Shown: piece by piece, positions 36,507-43,748 of the stretch
Layout: each line of letters begins with the position of its first letter
How positions within the stretch are numbered: position 1 is the first letter of the stretch
Source: a virus
IMG/VR virus record: IMGVR_UViG_3300045988_168552
Direction: 5' to 3' (one strand)
DNA length: 64,000 bases
The notes under the pieces: generated by a model
What the model was told of the DNA's origin: nothing
The model's database searches: none
What the model saw: only the letters and a program-made list of their open reading frames with translations
Position numbers and translations under genes: made by a program

Positions 36507-36615
36507 TCCAACAGGCAAAAAGGCAGTCCTCTATAAATCCTCGGCGGCGGTCGCCTGACCTGGCGGAATATGGCTTCCGTCGCCATTTCGTTAAATCATC
36601 AAAAAAGATACAATT

Positions 36616-37194
36616 ATGGCAGAAACAGTAACATGCCCAGAGATCAAAGATTTGCTTTCCGAGAACGATTGCTTGGAAAACTTCGGCGGTCTTGGCGTAA
36701 ACGTATATGTCTTTATCAAGAGTGAGCTTGCTGCTCCTCTCTCACCAGAGAAAGGTAAGAACACCTATGCAGTGCTGACTGCTGCGTCCTTCAAGAAAGG
36801 TAAGGGCCTCTACAAGTTTGAGTGCCAGGATGGCGGTCAGGGTCACACCTGGGAGAACCTCGGTTACCAGAAGGGTTTTAAGCAGACCTTGGACTACGTT
36901 CTTGAGAGCGTAAATGCCGATACTGCTTATGTGGCTCGTGGTCTCAATAATCTCAAGTGTGGTTATATCATCGAGGACGGTGATAAATCAATCATCGTTT
37001 ATGACAAGCAGCACGACTTCAAGTACGACTCCGGTAATATTAAAGGAGACACGGGCAAAAAACCAGAAGATGATCGTGTAGTCACACTGAGCGGTTCCCT
37101 CAGTCCGACAACGTTTGGCCGTTATGAGATTGCCACACCAGAAAGTGGCTGGGATTCTCTCTGTAATGGCGCAGGCACAGCGGGGGAAGTGTAA
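36616..37194 (+). CDS. hypothetical structural protein (major tail tube candidate)
   Basis: 192 aa, downstream of the capsid gene and behind a hairpin element. No firm motif. Confidence 0.55.
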   Translation: MAETVTCPEIKDLLSENDCLENFGGLGVNVYVFIKSELAAPLSPEKGKNTYAVLTAASFKKGKGLYKFECQDGGQGHTWENLGYQKGFKQTLDYVLESVNADTAYVARGLNNLKCGYIIEDGDKSIIVYDKQHDFKYDSGNIKGDTGKKPEDDRVVTLSGSLSPTTFGRYEIATPESGWDSLCNGAGTAGEV

Positions 37195-37356
37195 GCGGAA
37201 CTGACAAGAGCGATACCAATTCCGCTTCCCGGCAGTCATCTAAGCGGAGCAAGCAGGTAGCATCTATCAATGATGAAACCTCTACGCCCGGCGAGAACGA
37301 TGAATAATCGCTCCCATATCCAATGCGTTCCATTGGCAATTTACTCTATAAATCAA

Positions 37357-37406
37357 AGCCTCGGTATTGATCCTTAATAAAATAAGGCAAGATACCGGGG
37401 CTTTTC
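37357..37406 (+). terminator. intrinsic terminator
   Basis: AGCCTCGGTAT...ATACCGGGGCT (11-bp stem, one G-T pair) followed by TTTT. Confidence 0.6.
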
Positions 37407-37501
37407 GCATTTAAAACTGCACATATCTTTCATTTTTTTAAATCTTATCCCATAATTAGATTTTTTTATGCAAAATGCGTTTCCGCATAGAATATTTTTC
37501 T

Positions 37502-37509
37502 TATTTTTG
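37502..37509 (+). promoter_or_regulatory. putative -7 box (TAnnTTTG)
   Basis: TATTTTTG about 49 nt upstream of ATG 37558. Confidence 0.45.
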
Positions 37510-37557
37510 CAGCATAAAATTTTAATTTATATAGTGTAACTAAAATAGTAAGAGATT

Positions 37558-38463
37558 ATGGAGCTAAGACATTTACGTTCGTTTGTGTATGTTGCAGAGA
37601 CGCTTTCTTTCAGCATCGCCGCCTCCCGATGCTTTGTCACCCAATCCGCCATCAGTCAGCACATCAAGGCTCTGGAGGATGAACTGGGATGCAAGCTGCT
37701 GATACGCACATCGCACAGCATCATGCTCACCGAGAACGGGGAGGCACTTCTGCCACGTGCCAAGGAAATACTGAAGTTGGCGGAAGACTGCAAGGAGCAT
37801 ATCAATGCACTCAACAATTGCATGACCGGAGAACTGCGCATCGGTGTAGGTTCCTTTATCGCACCCTATATTCGTGTGGCTGCACTTATATTCATGGAGC
37901 GATACCCTAACGTAAGGGTGAATGCCGAATTTACCAAGGCAACGAGCCTGAACCGCCTGTTGCGAGACCACATGCTGGATCTCGCTTTTACGATGAACGA
38001 AGCCTATACCAACGAGGGCATCGAGAGCCATCCCTGCATCCCATTCAGTATTTGTGCCATCATGCGAAACACACACCCTCTTGCCAGGAAAGATAAGGTA
38101 ACATACGATGACCTGCTGAAGCATGGCATCATCATGCCCGATGTAGGCGAACGTGTTTTCAACACTTTTCAGCAATATTTGCAGAACGATCTCACCAAAT
38201 TAAGCGTAAAGTGTATTCTCAGCGACCCCGACGAAGACCTTGCCATCATAGAAGATACTCACCTGGTTACTTTTATGCCGAAGCTGTATCTGAAGAACCA
38301 CCCTACCCTTATAGCTCGCCCTATCCTGGGCATAGGAGAAGAACTGATGAGTAATGCCCACTGGATGAAGGATGTACCTATGAAACGTTCGTCACAACTC
38401 TTCCTCGACATTATCAGGGACGAAGCCATCCCGTATATCAAGGCTTTGGAAGAAACCATGTAG
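37558..38463 (+). CDS. LysR-family transcriptional regulator
   Basis: 301 aa. N-terminal HTH MELRHLRSFVYVAETLSFSIAASRCFVTQSAISQHIKALEDELGCKLLIRTSHSIMLTENG is textbook LTTR, followed by a substrate-binding-domain-sized C-terminus. Confidence 0.9.
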   Translation: MELRHLRSFVYVAETLSFSIAASRCFVTQSAISQHIKALEDELGCKLLIRTSHSIMLTENGEALLPRAKEILKLAEDCKEHINALNNCMTGELRIGVGSFIAPYIRVAALIFMERYPNVRVNAEFTKATSLNRLLRDHMLDLAFTMNEAYTNEGIESHPCIPFSICAIMRNTHPLARKDKVTYDDLLKHGIIMPDVGERVFNTFQQYLQNDLTKLSVKCILSDPDEDLAIIEDTHLVTFMPKLYLKNHPTLIARPILGIGEELMSNAHWMKDVPMKRSSQLFLDIIRDEAIPYIKALEETM

Positions 38464-38465
38464 TT

Positions 38466-38516
38466 GGTACCAAAGTACATTTGTACTTATGTACTTCTGC
38501 ACGTTTGTACTTTTTC
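38466..38516 (+). promoter_or_regulatory. GTAC-rich dyad/repeat region (possible LTTR box and/or terminator)
   Basis: Palindrome AAGTACAttTGTACTT (38473..38488). GTACTT repeated at 38483, 38491 and 38507. Confidence 0.3.
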
Positions 38517-38601
38517 TTATCTGTCTATTAGTGTTCCTGCTTCATGATTTATCAGCAAGAACATCTAATGAAAATCACTTTTCAGTTTACTTCATTCATG
38601 T

Positions 38602-38609
38602 TACCTTTG
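38602..38609 (+). promoter_or_regulatory. putative -7 box (TAnnTTTG)
   Basis: TACCTTTG about 42 nt upstream of ATG 38651. Confidence 0.45.
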
Positions 38610-38650
38610 CATACGATTCCGATATTGGAAGAATTTAAACACAAAAAACT

Positions 38651-39163
38651 ATGCAGGTAAAAACGAATGATGGCAACTATGATGTTGCCAGCAAGGGATT
38701 GGGTAATACCGCCCTTGGACTTGGTATCGCAGGTTTGGCTACCAGTTTGCTGGGTGGCGGTGCATCCTTGTTTAACCTCGGCAGAGGCAACAATGGCATG
38801 ACTGCCAATCCGAGTGATCCGGATGCACGCTTCGTAACCAAGGGTGAGGCCAACCTTATGCAGGAGAACTCTACATTGAAGACTGAACTGGCTATCCAGA
38901 AGAGCGAGAACTATGCCGACAAGAAGATGGTAGAGATAACTCAGTATCTCGACGGTAAGGTTCGCCAGCTCGAAAACAAGGTGGATGCCAACAAGGATGC
39001 ACAGCAGGCGGTCAACGCAGAGCAGATGGCATATAATGCCGCTGCCAACGCCAACATCGACGTGCTGAAATCGCAGGTGGCTTCACTCACGAGTGTTACC
39101 AAGCTGATGATTCCATCGGGCAATGTTTGTCAGATGGGATGCGGATGCGCTTGTAATCAGTAA
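38651..39163 (+). CDS. hypothetical protein: Gly-rich hydrophobic segment, coiled coil, C-terminal Cys cluster
   Basis: 170 aa. LGNTALGLGIAGLATSLLGGGASLF, a long helical Gln/Asn/Ala region, and an ending CQMGCGCACNQ. Confidence 0.6.
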   Translation: MQVKTNDGNYDVASKGLGNTALGLGIAGLATSLLGGGASLFNLGRGNNGMTANPSDPDARFVTKGEANLMQENSTLKTELAIQKSENYADKKMVEITQYLDGKVRQLENKVDANKDAQQAVNAEQMAYNAAANANIDVLKSQVASLTSVTKLMIPSGNVCQMGCGCACNQ

Positions 39164-39193
39164 CCGTATTTTCGGATAAAAGGAAGAAACGAT

Positions 39194-39616
39194 ATGGATT
39201 ACAAGAACTCGCAAATCCTGGCAGCGGTAGTGTCCGAATGGGCACGCCCTGCCATCTCTCAGATAGCGGCTGGCAATCTGATGCACTTGCCTATGCTACA
39301 GTCTCTCCAGGCTACCATCGGCAGCATGGGACTGGTGAGCGGCAACTATTCTCTGCAAGCCGATATAGAACCGATGATTCAGCCTGTGGTCAATGCGCTT
39401 GTCACCCCGATGCTCGCCAAGTATTTCGGTAACATTCCCGAAGAGAGCATTCCGCAGATGGCGCACGATGTGGTAGAGCAGCTTCGCTACAAAGGACCGC
39501 TCTCTATCCTGGAGGGTGTGATAACCTTTGACGAGGAGGATCTTGACGAACTCGCCGACCTTCTTCAGAAGAACCTTCCGGTAGAGAAGACCCAGGGCTA
39601 TCAAGTGAAACATTAA
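39194..39616 (+). CDS. hypothetical protein
   Basis: 140-aa ORF. Confidence 0.6.
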   Translation: MDYKNSQILAAVVSEWARPAISQIAAGNLMHLPMLQSLQATIGSMGLVSGNYSLQADIEPMIQPVVNALVTPMLAKYFGNIPEESIPQMAHDVVEQLRYKGPLSILEGVITFDEEDLDELADLLQKNLPVEKTQGYQVKH

Positions 39617-39657
39617 TGCGGCGGTGAAGTCGTCGCTCTATTAAAACAGAAAAGAGT

Positions 39658-40080
39658 ATGAACAAAAGAACAATTCCAGCCTGCATCATGGCTACGCTTG
39701 CAGTAGGTGCAACCGCCACTGCTCCCTATTATGATGTAAATATCACGCAGCAGCTCTGTGCTCCTTCATGCGTGGACGAGACTCCGGTTTTCAACCCTCA
39801 GTTCTCTGTAAAGAGTATTGACAACGTGGGTACTTCGCAATATCTCATAACCATTCACGTAGAGGGTGTTATCAGTTACGTGCCTTGCAACTGTGGCTCC
39901 TGCTGCACCCGCTCGCAGGTAGTAAGTCAGGATTTCACCATTCCTGTCTTCTCTGCTACGGCAATCACGAACGTTACCACATCTCTTGGCAGCGTGAAAA
40001 ACCGTCTTGTCAAGGTAGCCTGCTGCTCCTGCAGCAAGACTTTCGTGTGCGATGCTCCTTTAACGCTCACCATCGCATGA
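39658..40080 (+). CDS. secreted Cys-rich protein
   Basis: 140 aa. Signal-peptide-like MNKRTIPACIMATLAVGATATA. Cys clusters CAPSC, CNCGSCC, ACCSCSKTFVC. Confidence 0.6.
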   Translation: MNKRTIPACIMATLAVGATATAPYYDVNITQQLCAPSCVDETPVFNPQFSVKSIDNVGTSQYLITIHVEGVISYVPCNCGSCCTRSQVVSQDFTIPVFSATAITNVTTSLGSVKNRLVKVACCSCSKTFVCDAPLTLTIA

Positions 40081-40112
40081 CTATCCACCAACAAAAGGAA
40101 AGGTAAGAAACG

Positions 40113-40244
40113 ATGAAGTATATTCAGTTGATAGATCAAGCCCGCGCTCACGGCGTGGCTACCGAGAAGAAGATGATGGAGGCGATGGAGCAGTTGAGCT
40201 GCGACCTCGCCTCCCTGGAGGAAACAAATCCGGAATTGTACTGA
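40113..40244 (+). CDS. small ORF ending at an in-frame TGA
   Basis: 43 aa (MKYIQLIDQARAHG...EETNPELY), too short for the ORF track. Its TGA (40242..40244) is in frame with the downstream ORF. Confidence 0.4.
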   Translation: MKYIQLIDQARAHGVATEKKMMEAMEQLSCDLASLEETNPELY

Positions 40245-40268
40245 TGCATCCTCCGTCACCAGCACGCA

Positions 40269-40613
40269 GTGTTCTATGATCGTCATTACAGTGAGAAAAT
40301 GGCCAACCATGATGTCTGCCATCTTGTGTACAGCAAGAAAGGCGAGAATGGCGAATTGGTAGGAACCGGGGCGCATTGGACCAAATCGCAGATAGCGAAT
40401 GCCACCAAAGGCATGAAGTTCCGTGAAAAGGTGAACGATTGGGATAAGTATGTTGCCTTCAATGCCATGTATGCTGACCTGTGCAGCGATATGACAGAAG
40501 ATGAAATCATCAGGGCAGCTTATCTCTTCTATTTCCAGGACGCTGACTGGCAACCCGAAGAAGACGATTGTACTAAGATATGGGACTATATGTCCGCTCA
40601 CGCTACGATGTAG
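40269..40613 (+). CDS. hypothetical protein (same frame as 40113..40244)
   Basis: The track ORF starts at GTG 40269 and the first ATG is 40299. Well-balanced composition. A 253-aa antisense ORF overlaps it but looks spurious. Confidence 0.55.
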   Translation: MFYDRHYSEKMANHDVCHLVYSKKGENGELVGTGAHWTKSQIANATKGMKFREKVNDWDKYVAFNAMYADLCSDMTEDEIIRAAYLFYFQDADWQPEEDDCTKIWDYMSAHATM

Positions 40614-40694
40614 TTTGTTTTGAACTAGGTAATATAGATTTCGCACTAGCGAGTGCAAGTATTTAAAGTAAAAAGATTGGGATAACATTTTTTG

Positions 40695-40737
40695 AAGCCT
40701 CTTTGCGCCTGTAAAAGCCGCAGGGAGGCTTTCTTTG
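40695..40737 (+). terminator. intrinsic terminator
   Basis: AAGCCTC...GAGGCTT stem followed by TCTTTG. Confidence 0.55.
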
Positions 40738-40762
40738 TCCCCATCATCTTTTTAGCATTTGC

Positions 40763-40770
40763 TATCTTTG
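40763..40770 (+). promoter_or_regulatory. putative -7 box (TAnnTTTG)
   Basis: TATCTTTG about 34 nt upstream of ATG 40804. Confidence 0.45.
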
Positions 40771-40803
40771 CCATCAGAATAAAAACGATAAAACAGAAAA
40801 GAT

Positions 40804-41358
40804 ATGGCAAAGATTCAACCTCTTGCAGATTTCATCCTCTCCTTCGAGGGAGGTTACGTCAACCACCCCAACGACAAGGGCGGTCCTACCAACATGGGTG
40901 TAACCCTCAAAACCTGGCAGACCCAAGGCTACGACAAGAACGGTGATGGTCGCATAGACGCAAAGGACGTGAAGCTCATTACAAAAGCCGATGCTATCTC
41001 CATCCTTCGCCGTTGCTACTGGAACCGATGGAAAGCCGATGCTATCAAAGACCAGAGCATCGCCAACATCCTGGTAGATTGGGTATGGCTTAGTGGTACC
41101 CCAGGCATCACCCTCGTACAGGCAATGCTGGGAGTAACCGCCGATGGTATCGTAGGCAACAGAACCCTCAAGGCGCTCAACGACCAGAACCCTAAGAAGT
41201 TTTTCGAGCGCATTAAGGCACGCCGCAAGCAGTATATCGCACGCGTCTTCGCCAAGCGTCCTAGCCAGAAAGAATTTGAGGCAGGCTGGCTCCGTCGCCT
41301 CAATGCCATCAGTTACGGCAGTCTCATCACCAATGGTGGAATGGAAATAAGTTTTTAA
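40804..41358 (+). CDS. endolysin, GH108 lysozyme + PG_binding_3 domain
   Basis: 184 aa. ILSFEGGYVNHPNDKGGPTNMGVT is the GH108 signature. The C-terminal LVQAMLGVTADGIVGNRTLKALN is a peptidoglycan-binding repeat. Confidence 0.9.
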   Translation: MAKIQPLADFILSFEGGYVNHPNDKGGPTNMGVTLKTWQTQGYDKNGDGRIDAKDVKLITKADAISILRRCYWNRWKADAIKDQSIANILVDWVWLSGTPGITLVQAMLGVTADGIVGNRTLKALNDQNPKKFFERIKARRKQYIARVFAKRPSQKEFEAGWLRRLNAISYGSLITNGGMEISF

Positions 41359-41379
41359 CAATAAATAGATAAAAGATTT

Positions 41380-41991
41380 ATGGCAAGTTACAATGGAAAC
41401 ATCGACCTTTTGGCTCTGAATGGAGCCAAGGTCTTAGTAGGTATCGATGAGAAGAATGCGCAGCGTCCTTACGTCTGCATTCCTATCGATGTGAACGAAA
41501 TTCGAGTAGATACATCAAAGAATGATGCAAGTAAAACTCAGGCAAAACTGAGAGTTAACATCTGGCCTTTCAATGAGGCGTACAAGAATAAGATTCGCCA
41601 GAGTGCAGCCGAGCGTGGCGATACCCAGGTGAGTGTACCAACCCACGAAATGCAGCTCTCGTTCTCCACCGAGTACGTCAAGGCAGTAGCCAAGGCATTC
41701 CCGAAACTCGTAGAGCAAGTAAAGGAAGCCAACAAGGATCGAGACCCCGACATCGTAAATCAGGATTTCAACGATGAGAACTCTCACCTCTTCAAGGCAA
41801 TCCGCACCCGCATGAATAAGCGCATCGCCAGTCTCTATCAGCCACAGCCTACCGCCCAGCAGCAGACGTACCCACAGCAAGCCTACGGAGCCGCTGGCAA
41901 CGCTACCGCCTATGTGCTGCCAGCAGATGGAGGCAATGATTACTCTTCAATGCCAGGTTACGATGATCCTAACAGCGACCTGCCATTCTAG
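41380..41991 (+). CDS. SSB-like protein (acidic C-terminal D-L-P-F tip)
   Basis: 203 aa. Globular N-domain, Gln/Pro-rich linker (QPQPTAQQQTYPQQ), C-terminal YDDPNSDLPF resembling the DDDIPF tip of bacterial/phage SSBs. Confidence 0.5.
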   Translation: MASYNGNIDLLALNGAKVLVGIDEKNAQRPYVCIPIDVNEIRVDTSKNDASKTQAKLRVNIWPFNEAYKNKIRQSAAERGDTQVSVPTHEMQLSFSTEYVKAVAKAFPKLVEQVKEANKDRDPDIVNQDFNDENSHLFKAIRTRMNKRIASLYQPQPTAQQQTYPQQAYGAAGNATAYVLPADGGNDYSSMPGYDDPNSDLPF

Positions 41992-41994
41992 CCA

Positions 41995-42019
41995 CTGTTC
42001 CCAGTGATTCTATCGCTGG
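41995..42019 (+). repeat. conserved hairpin element, copy 6
   Basis: CTGTTCCCAGTGATTCTATCGCTGG. A C-to-T change in the 5' arm keeps pairing only as G-U on the plus-strand RNA. Confidence 0.8.
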
Positions 42020-42041
42020 TCTTCTCTTAATATATAAGAAT

Positions 42042-43148
42042 ATGCAAGAACAGATAAACCTTACCATCCCCCGCGGCTGGAATCAATGCACCCCTTCCCA
42101 GCTAGAGCAGATTGCCCTCATCATGCTGGAGCAGATAGAGAAATCCAAGGCAGACCGCTATCACCCCTTCGATATGCAGAAGGTGAAGGTAGCCGTCTTC
42201 TTCCTCTTTGCCGGGATAAGCATCAATGCCTATCCCGACCCTCGTCTGCCTATCAATGAGCAGCACTACCTGGTAAGCATAGAGCCGCAGAAGAAGAGCC
42301 TCCTGAAGAAGCTCCTCACCATCTGTACCCCCATTCCCAGCGATTCTATCGCTGGTACCCAATCGGCTATCCACTTCCCCCTCTATCTCTGGCAGCTCAA
42401 CTATTGGCTCTCTCCGAAAGCCAAGACCGATGATAAGACCTCCCCTGAGTACATCGCTCAGGGCGCAGGTCTTCTCGATTGGCTGGATGCAGATAGTGGC
42501 AATTTCCTCACCCGCTTCCCCTATCCATCAATCCGTCAGAAATCCAAGTGGTATCGTCGTGCAAAAGCTTTCCGCGGTCCTAACATCGATCTCGATGGTT
42601 TCTCCTGGCAGCAGTACCGTTTTGCCAGCGACATGATGCAGACCTACACCAAGTTAAGCAATAACCTGGTAAAGATGAAGAAGATGGATAAATTCACCGA
42701 GGAACAACTCCAGACGCAAGCCCAGAGTGTAGCCAGCGCCAGAAACATGTTCCTTGCCACCATCTTCAACACCACCACCCAATATATCGACCCGACAACA
42801 GGTATCACAAAATATGATTTTCACTACGAGTCGAAGCAGTTCACCGAGAACGCAGGTTATTTCGTCAATTATCCGGAAGCCAACTGGCAGGTCATCCTCT
42901 TCTGGTGGAGCGGCATCATGCACACCCTAGCCCGTCGCTACCCTCACGTATTCAAGGTGCAGAAGGTAAACAACAGCAAGCCGCAAACCCCGATGGAAAT
43001 CTACACCGCCACCACCGCCACGATGCAGAAGTATGCCGGCTTAACGGAAGATCAGGTCAACACCCAATCCTACTCCCTCGTTCTTGAACATCTCGAAAGG
43101 TTGTCGAAAGAGAATGAGGAAGTGGAAAAAATGAGGAGAGGAAAATGA
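42042..43148 (+). CDS. hypothetical protein (contains hairpin element copy 7 in frame)
   Basis: 368-aa ORF. Its stop overlaps (ATGA) the first TRD-like mini-ORF. Confidence 0.6.
   Translation: MQEQINLTIPRGWNQCTPSQLEQIALIMLEQIEKSKADRYHPFDMQKVKVAVFFLFAGISINAYPDPRLPINEQHYLVSIEPQKKSLLKKLLTICTPIPSDSIAGTQSAIHFPLYLWQLNYWLSPKAKTDDKTSPEYIAQGAGLLDWLDADSGNFLTRFPYPSIRQKSKWYRRAKAFRGPNIDLDGFSWQQYRFASDMMQTYTKLSNNLVKMKKMDKFTEEQLQTQAQSVASARNMFLATIFNTTTQYIDPTTGITKYDFHYESKQFTENAGYFVNYPEANWQVILFWWSGIMHTLARRYPHVFKVQKVNNSKPQTPMEIYTATTATMQKYAGLTEDQVNTQSYSLVLEHLERLSKENEEVEKMRRGK
42330..42355 (+). repeat. conserved hairpin element, copy 7 (inside CDS)
   Basis: CCCATTCCCAGCGATTCTATCGCTGG, translated as PIPSDSIAG. 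Confidence 0.8.
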
Positions 43149-43276
43149 TAGACGTAAAGGTATCTGTACATCCTTTGAGTCATAAACAGAAATGGAAGAA
43201 ATGGGCGGGGCTTTCTCCTGCACTCAGAGCCACCGATTACAAATGCCCACACTGCATAAGGATAGAGTATGAATAA
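43145..43276 (+). CDS. stand-alone C5-MTase TRD-like mini-protein 1
   Basis: 43 aa, too short for the ORF track. LSPALRATDYKCPH resembles the sPTLtA.dYKgp TRD segment. Ends IEYE-TAA in a TATGAATAA junction. Confidence 0.5.
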   Translation: MIDVKVSVHPLSHKQKWKKWAGLSPALRATDYKCPHCIRIEYE

Positions 43277-43400
43277 CCATCGTTTTTACCAATATCCACG
43301 AGGCGAGAATAAGGGCGGTATTCTAAATACGGATCTCTGCCCTACCATTACCATCAATGCGTGGGAGCAGAACGTTTTTCTGATAAAGAAATATGAGTAA
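43269..43400 (+). CDS. stand-alone C5-MTase TRD-like mini-protein 2
   Basis: 43 aa. PRGENKGG...CPTITINAWEQN. The ATG lies inside the upstream TATGAATAA. Ends KKYE-TAA. Confidence 0.5.
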   Translation: MNNHRFYQYPRGENKGGILNTDLCPTITINAWEQNVFLIKKYE

Positions 43401-43719
43401 TAACAACCAACCTCAATACAAGCGAGGAACGATTATCAAGAACGGAAAGAGATATGGCTTTTATCCCGATGGTTCTCTCTATCGGATATACTCCACCTCT
43501 GACCGTCCGTTTCTTGAAATCGTGGATATAGAAGGTAAAACCTTCCTGCGCATCCGTCAGGCGACAGAGCAAGGCTATACCGATTGCCCTGCACCCGGTG
43601 CAGCCGATTTGAATTACCCTACCTCCGCATTAAGACGTAGCCGCACGGTAGGGGGTGGTAAATTAGTAAATGCACTCACGGCTGCCAGTAGCAATCCGTT
43701 TGTGTTTGTAGAATTATAA
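43393..43719 (+). CDS. stand-alone C5-MTase TRD-like protein 3
   Basis: 108 aa. IRQATEQGYTDC...YPTSALRRSRTVGGGKLVNALTA resembles the aTk.GY...p.S.tRRGRVg...TLt TRD type. Confidence 0.6.
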   Translation: MSNNNQPQYKRGTIIKNGKRYGFYPDGSLYRIYSTSDRPFLEIVDIEGKTFLRIRQATEQGYTDCPAPGAADLNYPTSALRRSRTVGGGKLVNALTAASSNPFVFVEL

Positions 43720-43748
43720 ACAAAAAAAGATTTATAGAGCAAAACAAA

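Noticed and set aside
39927-40688. 253-aa minus-strand ORF covering the 40113..40613 region.
   Set aside because: Its composition (Leu/His/Phe-rich, no motifs) and its opposite orientation to every neighbour and to the flanking promoter and terminator argue it is a shadow ORF. The plus-strand products look like real proteins.
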